DNA from: a bacterium
GTDB lineage: Bacteria; Bacteroidota; Ignavibacteria; UBA10030
DNA: 64,000 bases
Assembly: GCA_043803945.1 (NCBI GenBank)
Contig: JAZDJN010000027.1
Coordinates: 36,383-100,382, forward strand
Direction of reading: 5' to 3'
The notes beneath the pieces were generated by a model, which saw nothing but the letters and a program-made list of their open reading frames with translations, searched no databases and was not told where the DNA came from. The translations under genes were made by a program, and so were the position numbers. Below are positions 18,524 to 29,750 of this stretch, piece by piece. The first letter of the stretch is position 1. Every line of letters starts with the position of its first letter.

Positions 18524-19882
18524 ATGTTTCGTAAAATTTTCCTGGTTGGCATTCTAGCTTTGATAATGTTCTCGTCGTGTTCTCTCATCCAGTTTCTTTA
18601 TGAGCAGGATGATTTCATTCGCGTGGAGAGGACTCAGTTTACCCACAACGGTAAGCCGTACTATTTTGCTGGGATCAACCTCTGGTATGGCTGCTATCTG
18701 GGATCTCCCGGAGAAACAGGTGATCGTGAGCGGCTTTGCCGTGAACTCGATTCATTGCTCGCCTATGGCATTAACAATCTGCGTCTCCTGGCTGCTTCTG
18801 AAGATTCATACATACTGCGTTCGATCAAGCCGGCGATTCAACGAGCTCCCGGTGTTCTCAATGATTCCCTGCTGGTCGGATTAGATTTTGTCCTGGATGA
18901 AATGTCAGAGCGGCATATGCATGCTGTGATGTTCTTGAACAATTACTGGGAATGGTCGGGTGGAATGGCGCAGTATGTCGCTTGGGCCACCGGTGCAGAT
19001 GGCCCCGATCCGGAAGATCCGGTAAAAGGCTACGGTGGATTTATGGATTTTTCAGCGAAGTTTTATTCTACTCCCGAAGCGATGCGGCTGTATGAAGAGT
19101 ATGTGAAACGGATCGTCACTCGGAGAAATACAATCAATGGCCGCTTGTATGCCGAGGATCCAACGATCATGTCGTGGCAGCTCGCGAATGAACCACGCCC
19201 CGGCCGGGATGGAGAATCGGGAAAACGAAACCTTGCCGCGTTCAATGCCTGGATCGAACGGGCTTCGCAGTACATTCATTCCCTGGATACCAATCACCTC
19301 GTCTCGACTGGAAGCGAAGGGAAGGTTGGCTGTATTCAACTTGAAGAAGCGTTTCTCGAATCACACAAATCGGTGTATGTTGATTACCTGACATTTCATC
19401 TCTGGCCATTGAATTGGGGATGGTTCAATCCCAAACGCATTACGGAGACTCTTCCCTCGTCGGAAGAAAAATCGTTGCAGTACATCAACCTCCATTTTAC
19501 GCTAGCGAGACAGCTCAACAAGCCAATTGTCATGGAAGAGTTCGGCATGGGGCGGGATAGTGCAAATATCCTTCCCGGAACACCGACGACAGCACGCGAT
19601 CATTTTTATCGAGTTGTCTTCCAGGCACTCTATGATTCTGCACGGGCCGGTGCACCGATTGCCGGCTCGAATGTCTGGACGTGGGGAGGCGAAGGTGTTG
19701 CCCGGCATCCAGACGGTCAATGGCGCAAAGGCGATCCGTTCGTCGGCGATCCTCCGCAGGAACCACAGGGAAGAAATTCAATTTTTATTTCGGATACCTC
19801 TACCCTAAGTATTCTGCATCGGCACGCACGACTGATGCAGCGGCTTGGCATTATGGATTCCCTGCTCACCTATAAGAAGTGA
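18524..19882 (+). CDS. GH5 (GH5_7-like) beta-mannanase/mannosidase, lipoprotein
   Basis: Signal ending in FSSC; GINLWYG, NNYWEWSGGM, WQLANEP (acid/base), IVMEEFG (nucleophile), GDPPQEPQG. Confidence 0.9.
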   Translation: MFRKIFLVGILALIMFSSCSLIQFLYEQDDFIRVERTQFTHNGKPYYFAGINLWYGCYLGSPGETGDRERLCRELDSLLAYGINNLRLLAASEDSYILRSIKPAIQRAPGVLNDSLLVGLDFVLDEMSERHMHAVMFLNNYWEWSGGMAQYVAWATGADGPDPEDPVKGYGGFMDFSAKFYSTPEAMRLYEEYVKRIVTRRNTINGRLYAEDPTIMSWQLANEPRPGRDGESGKRNLAAFNAWIERASQYIHSLDTNHLVSTGSEGKVGCIQLEEAFLESHKSVYVDYLTFHLWPLNWGWFNPKRITETLPSSEEKSLQYINLHFTLARQLNKPIVMEEFGMGRDSANILPGTPTTARDHFYRVVFQALYDSARAGAPIAGSNVWTWGGEGVARHPDGQWRKGDPFVGDPPQEPQGRNSIFISDTSTLSILHRHARLMQRLGIMDSLLTYKK

Positions 19883-20047
19883 CAATGAATTTGAAGATGC
19901 AATGGAGATTCCTGCTGATGCGGAACAGTACTGATGAGTCGCTCTCAGCAGTTACTTGCTTAAAATCTGGTCAACGCCTGCTATGGCGCATGCGGACCAA
20001 TCGTACGGTACTAATCCACACTTCAACGAATCGTGCCTTAGAATTCT

Positions 20048-22659
20048 ATGAACCATATCAAAGTCTTGACGTTACTTGCCGTATCGATGATGATCGTGCA
20101 GCTTTCAGCTTCCAACGGTGACCGTTCGATGAACATGAACCTGCACACTCAATGGAGATTTAAACAGGAAGGAACCGATCGATGGTACTCTGCGGCTGTA
20201 CCGGGGTGTGTCCATACCGACCTGATGCAAAACGGACTAATTCCAGATCCATTTGTTGGAACGAACGAACGCGATCTCCAATGGATTGGTGAAAAGAATT
20301 GGATCTATGAGACAACATTCGGCATTCCAGCCGCATTCCTCCGACAGGACCATGTCGAACTTATCTTCGAGGGATTGGATACGTATGCAGATGTTACCCT
20401 GAACGACAACACCATTCTCCATGCAACAAATATGTTTCGCACATGGCGAATTGAATGCAAAAGCCTTTTACGAGAGGGGCAGAATCGTTTGGCAATCCGA
20501 TTCAAAAATGTGTTCGACGAAAATCTCCCTAAACATCGTTCTGCACCCTTCGAGCTGCAAGCCTTCGATAACAATGATCAGGCAGAGGCAAAGATTTCCA
20601 TGCATTCCCGCAAAGCCCAGTTCCATTACGGATGGGATTGGGGGCCCCGGCTAATCACGTGCGGCGTTTGGCGTCCTGTGGCCCTTCAAGCGTGGAGTGG
20701 ATTCAAGCTTAACCATGTGCATGTCCAGCAACAGAATGTCACAGAAGCTGGTGCTGATATCCTCTCTGTCATCGCCATCGACTCAGATCGGCCGCGGGAG
20801 GTTTCCATACTCATGACGATGGATGACCTCCAGCTTGTTACACAGCGTGTGAAGCTTCAACAGGGGAAAAATGTTATTCCTCTTACAGGGCATCTGGCCA
20901 ATCCAAAACTCTGGTGGACGAATGGCTTAGGTGCTCAATACCTCTACTCGTATCGGCTTATCGTGAAGGATGATTCCGAATTGAGTGATGAGTATACCAC
21001 ATCCATCGGCATCCGTTCTCTGGAAATTGTTCGGGAGAAGGACACACACGGTAGAAGCATGTATGTGAAACTGAATGGTGTACCGGTCTTTATGAAAGGG
21101 GCTAATTATATCCCGCAGGACAATTTTCAGAATCGGGTGACTCGGGACCGTTGCGAACACATTGTTCGTTCTGCCGCAGAAGCGAATATGAACATGCTCC
21201 GGGTATGGGGCGGCGGTATTTACGAAGACGATCAATTCTATGAGTTCTGCGACCGGTACGGTCTCCTTGTGTGGCAGGAAATGATTTTTGCCTGTGCGAT
21301 GTATCCTGCTGACGGTGACTTTCTGGAAAATGTGCGGCAAGAGGTGATTGATAATGTAACCCGAATCCGCAACCATCCCTGTATCGCATTGTATTGCGGC
21401 AACAATGAGAATGAAGCTGCCTGGTTTCAGTGGGGATGGAAGCAGAAATACGATACACGAACGCAAGAAATTTTTGAACGGAACGCAGAAAGGCTCTTCT
21501 ATGAAGTAATCCCTTCGGCGCTCCGGGAAGCAGACTCGACACGCTATTATCATCCCACTAGTCCGATTGCCGGAATCAAAAATACTCCATACAGCGAAGG
21601 TGATATCCACTATTGGGGTGTGTGGCATGGCAAAGAACCGTTCGAGAATTTCACTTCCAACATTGCCCGCTTTGTGAGTGAATATGGATTTCAGTCCTAC
21701 CCTGAACTCTCCACCGTTTCAAAATTCGCCCGGCCGGAAGATCGACAGCTTCATTCCGATGTGATGCTGTCTCATCAGCGTTGCATGGCGGATGCACGGC
21801 GTGACAAAGAGTATGGCAATCGCTTGATACAGACATACATGGATCGATGGTACCGTACGCCGAAAGATTTTGAATCATATCTCTATGTCAGTCAGGTTCT
21901 TCAGGCTGAAGGAGTACAGGTAGCATTGGAGGCTCATCGCCGGGCAATGCCATTTTGCATGGGAAGCTTATACTGGCAGATCGACGATTGCTGGCCGGTG
22001 GCATCATGGTCGAGTATCGATTATTACGGCCGCTGGCATCATGGTCGAGTATCGATTATTACGGCCGCTGGAAAGCACTCCACTATGCAGCAAAAAACTC
22101 TTATGCTCCTATTCTGGTTTCTCCAGCGATGTCGAAAGACAGTGTCATCCTTATTCTAGTTTCAGATGCATTGAAAGCGTTTGAAGCGTTGCTCGATGTA
22201 ACGGTGATGGATTTCAACGGCACTCGAATTTCACACCTTACGCTTCCCGTGACTGTACCGGCGAATAGCTCGGCGAAGATTCCTACCATCCCGAAACAGC
22301 AGCTTATCGGAGATGCAAACGAATCCCGATCTGTTATTCACCTGCAATTACGACGGGGGCAGGAAACTCTCCACGAACGATACGCCTACTTCCGGCTGCC
22401 AAAGGAACTGGAACTACACAAGCCAACCCTGATGAGAGCCATTCAAAAAAATCTAACGGGATATACCATTGAGTTGGCCGCATCGACACTTGCGAAATCT
22501 GTCATGCTTGCCTGCGGTGACGATGCATGTTTCTTCAGCGATAATTATTTTGACCTGGTGCCGGGAATTCAAAAGACTATAACGGTAACGACAACAATGA
22601 AACAGGATGAATTCGAAAAATCATTGAAGATTATCAGCTTGATCGATAGTTATCAGTAA
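20048..22659 (+). pseudogene. GH2 beta-mannosidase split by a frameshift (ORFs 20048-22159 and 21955-22659)
   Basis: FEGLDTYA, RKAQFHYGWDWGP, KGANYIP, NMLRVWGGG, CGNNE, SEYGFQS, YWQIDDCWP. A 35-bp tandem duplication at 21999-22068 shifts the frame; removing one copy gives one 858-aa ORF. Confidence 0.9.
21999..22071. repeat. perfect 35-bp tandem duplication
   Basis: TGGCATCATGGTCGAGTATCGATTATTACGGCCGC starts at 21999 and again at 22034, followed by TGG. Confidence 0.97.
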
Positions 22660-22721
22660 CCTGAATTCTCCGTACTGCTAATTCGATTACAGTCCTCCGT
22701 ATCCTGAACATTAAACGATCC

Positions 22722-23819
22722 ATGATGATTGTCATTATTCGATTGCTTGTCTATCTCGCCACACTCTTAGGATCGGCCACTATGCCCTCACCGCTGAAAT
22801 TCATACCAGCCAACCATCCCTTCATTCAATATAGTGGAAGATGGGATGTATCCGACACGCTTCACCGCAAGCATTCCTGGCCCGGAGCGTATCTCCGCGC
22901 TTCATTCAGCGGTACGAGTATCGGGATCAGGATGAAAGATAATCTGAACTATTACAATGTGTATATCGATGGAACGCTGTATAAAATTTTTCGTGGAACC
23001 TCGCCGGACGAAGCTGAGTACACCCTTGCGGAAGGTCTGGATTCTTCAGCGCATGCACTGCTTCTTAGTAAGCGAAATTTCATGTTCGATGCCGTTTTTT
23101 CGGTTTCAGGATTACTGATCGAGGAGGGGGCATCGCTTCTTCCTCCGCCACCGAGGCCGGAGCGAAGAATAGAATTCGTCGGGGATTCCTTCACGGCTGC
23201 TGAAGGGAACGAAGCAACCATGCAGGATGTCGCGTGGGAAGATCGTTTTCCACTCACCAATATTGATCGGGGATTTGCTCCCATCGTTGCCCGTCATTTT
23301 GATGCCGAGTATCACACAACCTGCCGCTCCGGCAGCGGGATGGTATGCAATTGGGAGGGAAATCCAGAGATCACCATTCCGAAGATCTTCAACCGTACAT
23401 TGATGGAAGCCCCGGAACCGAAATGGGATTTCAGACAATGGAAACCCGACCTCATCGTCATTTGCCTCGGCCTGAATGATCACTCGGGATTACGTGATTC
23501 CAATGGGAATATCTCTGAGGAAAAATCTTCTTTCTTTCGCAGAGGTTATACAGAATTTATCAGTAGACTCCGAACGCTCTATCCCGGTGTGCGACTTCTT
23601 GCCGTTGCGGCTCATCCTGAATGGGTCAGAACGAACGTTCATCAGGTTGTTCAGGAGGAACTCCTCCATGGAATGAAGGATGTTGCATACACAACGTTCG
23701 ATGAGGTTCCAGGCGGGTATGTCGCGAACAATCACCCAACAGTTGCCACGCACGAAAAAATTGCTGAACAGATCATTGCTGCCATCGAACGGGAGAAAAT
23801 ATTTCCGGTGATGAAATAG
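22722..23819 (+). CDS. CE2-type SGNH acetyl esterase
   Basis: IQYSGRW..SWPG N-domain, RRIEFVGDSFT, SGSGM, ICLGLND, NHPT. Confidence 0.85.
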   Translation: MMIVIIRLLVYLATLLGSATMPSPLKFIPANHPFIQYSGRWDVSDTLHRKHSWPGAYLRASFSGTSIGIRMKDNLNYYNVYIDGTLYKIFRGTSPDEAEYTLAEGLDSSAHALLLSKRNFMFDAVFSVSGLLIEEGASLLPPPPRPERRIEFVGDSFTAAEGNEATMQDVAWEDRFPLTNIDRGFAPIVARHFDAEYHTTCRSGSGMVCNWEGNPEITIPKIFNRTLMEAPEPKWDFRQWKPDLIVICLGLNDHSGLRDSNGNISEEKSSFFRRGYTEFISRLRTLYPGVRLLAVAAHPEWVRTNVHQVVQEELLHGMKDVAYTTFDEVPGGYVANNHPTVATHEKIAEQIIAAIEREKIFPVMK

Positions 23820-23831
23820 CAGTCATATTCA

Positions 23832-25061
23832 ATGTATCCAATGAAAGAATTACGAACGATGAGAAGGTGCACTCTACAACGGTTCTTGTTTTACCTAGCT
23901 TTGGTGATCTGGAATTCATTCTCCTATGGACAATCACCTCTCCCTCCCGATGCAAAACTGGAAAAACTTGCCACCGGATTCCTGCAGCCCGAGGGACCAG
24001 TATGGAAAGAGGGAGTCGGCCTCCTCTTTAGCGACATCAAACGCAACCTCATTAATCTCTGGTCGCCGGTGGATGGTTCGATAAAAACATATCTGCAGCC
24101 GTCGGATAGTTCCAACGGACTCACATTCGATCGCCATGGCCGTTTAGTGCTCACACAGATGCGATTGCGCCGGGTATCACGGCAGGAATTGGATGGCACG
24201 ATCACACCGCTTGCCTCGACATATAATGGTAAGAAACTGAACAGCCCGAATGATCTCGTGGTGAAATCCGATGGCTCCATTTTCTTTACCGACCCCGATT
24301 TTAATATCCCTGTCGGGCAGATAAAAGAATTGAACTTCAAAGGGATTTATCGGATTAGTCCCGCCGGCGCGTTGATTCTCCTGGATAGCACATTCGATAA
24401 ACCGAATGGCATTTGTTTCTCTCCAGATGAACGGAAATTATACGTTTGCGAGTCGCCGCGCTGCGGCATTTATGTATGGGATGTGATCGGTGATTCCGCG
24501 CTTGCGAACAAGAAACTTTTCTTCGCAATCCCCGCAACCGGCTATGCAGATGGGATGAAAGTTGATGCAGCAGGCAATCTTTACTGCACAGGGCCTACGG
24601 GAGTCTGGATTATCTCTCCATCGGGACAATATTTGGGTAAGATTGCTACACCTGGAAATCCATCGAACTGTGCCTGGGGTGATGCCGATAGGAGAACCTT
24701 ATATATTACTGCGGACAGTTCACTGTATAGGATTCGGATGGTCACCACAACAAAACAGGAAGAAGAAGAGCATCCAACACCCGACCACTCCGAGCTGTTT
24801 CAGAACTATCCGAATCCATTCAATGTCTCGACTATTCTTACGTATCGGATTTCGGAAGCCTCGCATATCAATCTCAGGATCTTTGATTCGCTGGGGAATC
24901 TTGTCACAACTCTCGTCGACGAGAGGAGAGAGGCGGGTTTCCATGCTCGAACATTCGATTGCTCGGTGTTGGCGAGCGGTGTTTATCTTGCCCAGCTCAT
25001 GGCCCGAACGGATCGGACAATCTCCACCTCGCAATCGAAAAAGTTACTGCTGATACGGTAG
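23832..25061 (+). CDS. SMP-30/gluconolactonase family protein with T9SS C-terminal domain
   Basis: EGPVW, LLFSDI, SNGLTFD, NSPNDL, FTDP, PNGICFSPD, ADGMKVD; LFQNYPNPFN CTD. Confidence 0.9.
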   Translation: MYPMKELRTMRRCTLQRFLFYLALVIWNSFSYGQSPLPPDAKLEKLATGFLQPEGPVWKEGVGLLFSDIKRNLINLWSPVDGSIKTYLQPSDSSNGLTFDRHGRLVLTQMRLRRVSRQELDGTITPLASTYNGKKLNSPNDLVVKSDGSIFFTDPDFNIPVGQIKELNFKGIYRISPAGALILLDSTFDKPNGICFSPDERKLYVCESPRCGIYVWDVIGDSALANKKLFFAIPATGYADGMKVDAAGNLYCTGPTGVWIISPSGQYLGKIATPGNPSNCAWGDADRRTLYITADSSLYRIRMVTTTKQEEEEHPTPDHSELFQNYPNPFNVSTILTYRISEASHINLRIFDSLGNLVTTLVDERREAGFHARTFDCSVLASGVYLAQLMARTDRTISTSQSKKLLLIR

Positions 25062-25220
25062 TTAATCGATGATCGTTTATATTGCTGCGCGTGAAGGTGA
25101 AGTATTGCCTCGCTTTGTATCGTCCGATAGATCCTCAAGAAAAAGAAGAGAATTTTAAAGAATAGGTGTATATTTGTTTGTCGTACTTGATATGTATGTT
25201 CATTCACAGGAGGGGACTCC

Positions 25221-27410
25221 ATGAACCTGGGTAAACATTTTTTCAACTTGCTTCTTGCACTTATCATTTCACAGGTATCATTTTCACAATCGAACCGGAT
25301 CACCTATAACAATCAACGACTGTTTCTCAGCGGTGCTAATCTCGCATGGCTCAGTTTTGCGGGAGATATTGGACCGACACAGGCCAATTATGCAAAGTTC
25401 GGAGAAATACTTCTTATGATGCATGACAGCGGCGGGAATTCGATGCGTTGGTGGCTTCATACCAATGGCACTATCAGTCCGCAATTCAATGATTCGGGGT
25501 ATGTTATTGGACCGGGAGATGGTACTCTTGATGATTTGAAGAAAGTGTTGGATCTCGCCTGGGAGCGAGAAATTGGATTGAAACTGTGTCTCTGGTCGTT
25601 TGACATGCTTCGCTCTTCCAATAATAGTACAGTTCTCAATCGAAACAGGCTGATGTTGAATGATACCAACTACACCCGCGCCTATATTAAGAATTGTCTC
25701 ATTCCATTGGTCAATGCGCTGAAAGGGCATCCCGCGATCGTTGCATGGGAAATATTTAATGAACCAGAGGGCATGAGCAATGAATTTGGATGGAGCGAAA
25801 TCCAGCACGTCCCCATGGCCTCTATTCAACGATTCGTTAATCTCTGTGCTGGAGCGATTCACCGTGCAGATCCGGCAGCTAAAGTGACGAATGGCTGCTG
25901 GGCGTTTCTTGCACTCACCGATGTGGCGACAACTTCCATCTCCTTGGGAAAGATTGGCATAGACCTCTCACAACTGGGTATTGCCGAGAGAGAGGATATG
26001 GAAAAACGGTTTACGGATAAATATGGGATAACGCTCACCGCGGAAGAAATAGTGCAGCACTATCAACGCGCTGCTCTGCAAGCAAACTATAATTATTACT
26101 CCGACAGCCGTCTCATTGCTGCAGGTGGAGATGTTCAGGGAACACTCGATTTCTACTCCGTGCATTATTATGATTGGGCAGGGACGTCTCTTTCTCCTTT
26201 CAGCCGGCCTGCACTGTTTTGGAATCTGGATAAGCCGATCGTCGTTGCTGAATTCCATATGAAAGATACATTCGGTGTTCCCAAACAGTATCTCTTTGAA
26301 GTCTTGTTCCAGAATGAATATGCAGGTGCCCTGCCATGGTCGTGGACGGATAACGCCGTCACGAAAGTTGAAGATATGCTGGCTGGAATGAAGTATATGT
26401 GGGATAATCATAAGAACGATGTGGATGTTCTCGGCATCGGGGGAGATTGGCCAATTGTAACGCTTACAGCTCCTGCTCCTGAAACAAAATTTGCCGACAC
26501 TGCAAAAGTCGTCATTACAGCCGAGGCGTCGGATAAGGATGGTTCTGTAGCCCGGGTGGAGTTTTTTATCTCGGATACTGTGAGAATTGGAGAGGCCATA
26601 ACACCGCCGTATACGATGACCTGGTCGAATTTGAAATCAGGATTATACGTGATTACAGCAGCAGCGACCGATGACAAGGGTCACAAGCGGATCTCCAAGG
26701 GAGTTCAGATCCAGGTGGGTGCGCTTCAGATGACAAGACTGGAAGCCGAAGGTGCAATCCGATCTGGCACACCGACTGTTCGAAGCGATCCGACAGCAAG
26801 CCGTGGTTCCTATGTCACCATGCAGCAGACCGGCACTATTACATGGACAATCCCCAGTGTGCCTAAAGATGGAGCTTATGAAATCGTGTTTCGATACAGA
26901 TTATCTTATAATACACCAAAGAATCAGTATATCAATATCAATGGAGTACGTATAACAGAACTGGCATTCACGGGAACAACGAATACATGGCTCGATAAAT
27001 CATTAACGGTTAATCTTACTGCCGGGCAGAATATTGTACAAATGGAATTATCCTGGGGATGGATGGATGTCGATTACCTCTCCGTCCCGGTCACATTCCT
27101 CACATCGGTGAAGAGCAACAATGAGCTTCCACTCTATTTTTCTCTTGAGCAGAATTACCCGAATCCGTTTAATGCAATGACAAATGTCGAATTCCGATTG
27201 CTGGTGAGGGCCAAGGTGAAACTGAGTGTGTACGATATCCTCTGCCGTGAAGTGGCAATACTGGCGCATAGCGACCTGGCGGCAGGAACCCATGCAGTAC
27301 GGTGGGACGCTTCGAATTTCGCCAGCGGAGTTTACTTCTACAGACTCGAAGTACAAGATGGTTCACCGGCTGGTGTGATTCAGACAAGGAAAATGGTCCT
27401 GGCCAAATAG
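25221..27410 (+). CDS. GH5 (GH5_10-like) endo-beta-mannanase + Ig-like + CBM35-like + T9SS CTD
   Basis: FLSGANLAW, AWEIFNEPEG, LDFYSVHYY, VVAEF; ASDKDGSVARVEF Ig domain; LEAEG...SWGWMDVDY CBM; EQNYPNPFN. GGAGG RBS. Confidence 0.88.
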   Translation: MNLGKHFFNLLLALIISQVSFSQSNRITYNNQRLFLSGANLAWLSFAGDIGPTQANYAKFGEILLMMHDSGGNSMRWWLHTNGTISPQFNDSGYVIGPGDGTLDDLKKVLDLAWEREIGLKLCLWSFDMLRSSNNSTVLNRNRLMLNDTNYTRAYIKNCLIPLVNALKGHPAIVAWEIFNEPEGMSNEFGWSEIQHVPMASIQRFVNLCAGAIHRADPAAKVTNGCWAFLALTDVATTSISLGKIGIDLSQLGIAEREDMEKRFTDKYGITLTAEEIVQHYQRAALQANYNYYSDSRLIAAGGDVQGTLDFYSVHYYDWAGTSLSPFSRPALFWNLDKPIVVAEFHMKDTFGVPKQYLFEVLFQNEYAGALPWSWTDNAVTKVEDMLAGMKYMWDNHKNDVDVLGIGGDWPIVTLTAPAPETKFADTAKVVITAEASDKDGSVARVEFFISDTVRIGEAITPPYTMTWSNLKSGLYVITAAATDDKGHKRISKGVQIQVGALQMTRLEAEGAIRSGTPTVRSDPTASRGSYVTMQQTGTITWTIPSVPKDGAYEIVFRYRLSYNTPKNQYININGVRITELAFTGTTNTWLDKSLTVNLTAGQNIVQMELSWGWMDVDYLSVPVTFLTSVKSNNELPLYFSLEQNYPNPFNAMTNVEFRLLVRAKVKLSVYDILCREVAILAHSDLAAGTHAVRWDASNFASGVYFYRLEVQDGSPAGVIQTRKMVLAK

Positions 27411-27478
27411 GCGGGTGAGTTACAGGGTGTGCATACAAATAATTAAGTGTTGTCACTGTTTACTAACGAGATAGTATT

Positions 27479-29575
27479 TTGATTATAACAAAGGAATCAG
27501 CCGTGCAACCTTGCCGATTTTTTCTCTCTGCGGTATCATTGACAATACTAACAGTGTCGAGTCTATGGTGCCAGCTTTCCAGCGACATTCGCTTGAATCA
27601 GATCGGGTTTTATCCCGCGATGCCAAAGATCGCAATTGTCCGCAATGTAAGTGCAGCGCCGTTCGCGATTGTATCAACGACAACGTTAGATACCGTCTTC
27701 CGCGGCACACTGAGTTCAGCGCAGACATGGCCCTATTCAAATGAGTCTGTAAGCCGTGCAGAGTTCACCGAATTGCAGACACCCGGCACTTATCGAATTG
27801 TGGTACCCGGCTTAGGAACATCGTACCTCTTCACGATTAAACCCCGCATTCACCTGAATGTCGCGACCGCCGCGTTGAAGAGCTACTATTATCAGCGTGC
27901 ATCGATGACGCTCGATGCTGCGTATGCGGGTTCCTGGGCGCGTGCTGCTGGGCATCCGGATAATAGTGTCCTGATTCATCAGTCGGCGGCAAGCGTGCAG
28001 CGTCCGGCAAACAGTACAATCTCCGCTCCTCGCGGATGGTATGATGCCGGTGATTATAACAAGTATATCGTCAATTCCGGAATATCGACATACACGATTC
28101 TTGCGGCGTACGAACACTATCCGGAATTCTGTGATCGACTGGACACAAACATTCCTGAGAGCGGCAATGGCGTTCCGGATATACTCGATGAGGCGCTCTG
28201 GAACGTACGGTGGATGTTGGCCATGCAGGATCCGAATGATGGAGGAGTGTACGCCAAACTGACGAATGCGAACTTTGATGGTTTTATCATGCCCGCTGCT
28301 GCTACCACGCCGCGCTATGTCGTGAAAAAATCTACCGCTGCTGCATTAGATTTCGCTGCGGTAACGGCGCAGGCAGCACGGATCACAAAAAAATTTTCTG
28401 CTGCACTGCCGGGATTATCAGACTCTTGCTTGCAGGCATCGCTGAAGGCGTGGCAATGGGCAAGGAACAATCCAGCAGTGTATTATGATCAGGCGCAAAT
28501 TAATGCTCAATATACTCCCGTAATCAATACGGGAGCATACGGTGATAATAATGTCTCCGATGAATTTGCATGGGCGGCTGCAGAGTTATGTGTTACAACG
28601 GATCAGGATAGTTTTTTAACGGTGGCGAGCCCTCTCTCGGTCTCCTGGTTCAACGTCCCCGGATGGCCTGATGTTCGCACACTCGGACTGTACACACTCG
28701 CTCAGCATCGTAACACTCTGCCATCATCCATCGATACGAGTATTCTCGCAGTTCGATTGGTAACGCTGGCAAACATGCTTCGTAATGCTATGACAACTTC
28801 TGCCTACCGTGTCGTGATGGGCGCGCAAAGCTCTGATTTTGGATGGGGAAGTAATTCTGTGGCAGCAAATCAGGGAATGGTGCTCCTGATGGCGTTCAGG
28901 ATGACAGGCGATACAAGCTATCTGCGCGCCGCCCTGAGCAATCTCGATTACCTTCTCGGGAGAAATGGAACGACATTCTGTTTTGTTACCGGTCTTGGAT
29001 CTCGCTCTCCATTGAATATTCATCATCGCCCCTCAGCTTCAGATGGTGTCCAGGCACCCGTGCCGGGATTATTAGCCGGAGGGCCGAATCCCAGAATGGA
29101 GGATAGTGTGAAGACCTATCCGTCATCGCTGCCCGCTCTGGCGTACACCGATAATGTGAATTCCTATGCTTCGAATGAGATTTGTATCAACTGGAATGCA
29201 CCCCTGGTATACCTCGCCATCGGAATAGAGGCGCACACGTCACCGAATGGTTTACCGACCTCGTTGAATCCTGATCCCTCGCATCAGCCGATTCCCGGGT
29301 CATACGGACTGTTCCAGAATTATCCCAATCCATTCAATCCCTCAACGACGATCAGGTATCAGATACCGGCGACAGGACATGTGACGTTGAAAGTGTTCGA
29401 CACGCTTGGTTGTGAAGTGACAACCTTGATTGATGAAGTGAAAAGCGAAGGTTCCTATTCAGTGGTATTTGATGGTGCACATCTTTCGAGCGGTGTCTAC
29501 TTTGGACGGTTGATGGCACAATCCCGGGATGGTAATCCTGTCGTTGAGACAAGAAAGCTTGTCTTGACAAAGTGA
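27479..29575 (+). CDS. GH9 endoglucanase with N-terminal Ig domain and T9SS CTD
   Basis: IRLNQIGFYP, GWYDAGDYNKY, DEFAWAAAEL, YLLGRN, HHRPS, SYASNEICINWNA; FQNYPNPFNP. Exact start uncertain. Confidence 0.93.
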   Translation: MIITKESAVQPCRFFLSAVSLTILTVSSLWCQLSSDIRLNQIGFYPAMPKIAIVRNVSAAPFAIVSTTTLDTVFRGTLSSAQTWPYSNESVSRAEFTELQTPGTYRIVVPGLGTSYLFTIKPRIHLNVATAALKSYYYQRASMTLDAAYAGSWARAAGHPDNSVLIHQSAASVQRPANSTISAPRGWYDAGDYNKYIVNSGISTYTILAAYEHYPEFCDRLDTNIPESGNGVPDILDEALWNVRWMLAMQDPNDGGVYAKLTNANFDGFIMPAAATTPRYVVKKSTAAALDFAAVTAQAARITKKFSAALPGLSDSCLQASLKAWQWARNNPAVYYDQAQINAQYTPVINTGAYGDNNVSDEFAWAAAELCVTTDQDSFLTVASPLSVSWFNVPGWPDVRTLGLYTLAQHRNTLPSSIDTSILAVRLVTLANMLRNAMTTSAYRVVMGAQSSDFGWGSNSVAANQGMVLLMAFRMTGDTSYLRAALSNLDYLLGRNGTTFCFVTGLGSRSPLNIHHRPSASDGVQAPVPGLLAGGPNPRMEDSVKTYPSSLPALAYTDNVNSYASNEICINWNAPLVYLAIGIEAHTSPNGLPTSLNPDPSHQPIPGSYGLFQNYPNPFNPSTTIRYQIPATGHVTLKVFDTLGCEVTTLIDEVKSEGSYSVVFDGAHLSSGVYFGRLMAQSRDGNPVVETRKLVLTK

Positions 29576-29750
29576 CTTACGTGTCCCGCTAGAGCCAAGA
29601 TTGAGAGTCTGAGATTGATACTCTGAACCACCAAGTTCACCAAAATGTAAAATATTTACTCAGCGTGATATTAACAGTCAAGGTGATTTCCATCTCAGCA
29701 GAATGCCGCAGGACCTGATTAATCAATTGTAGTTCTCATGCGGAGTAAAT

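Noticed and set aside
21955-22659. Independent 234-aa gene or programmed frameshift
   Set aside because: It is the GH2 C-terminus displaced by the 35-bp duplication; no slippery site is needed to explain it.
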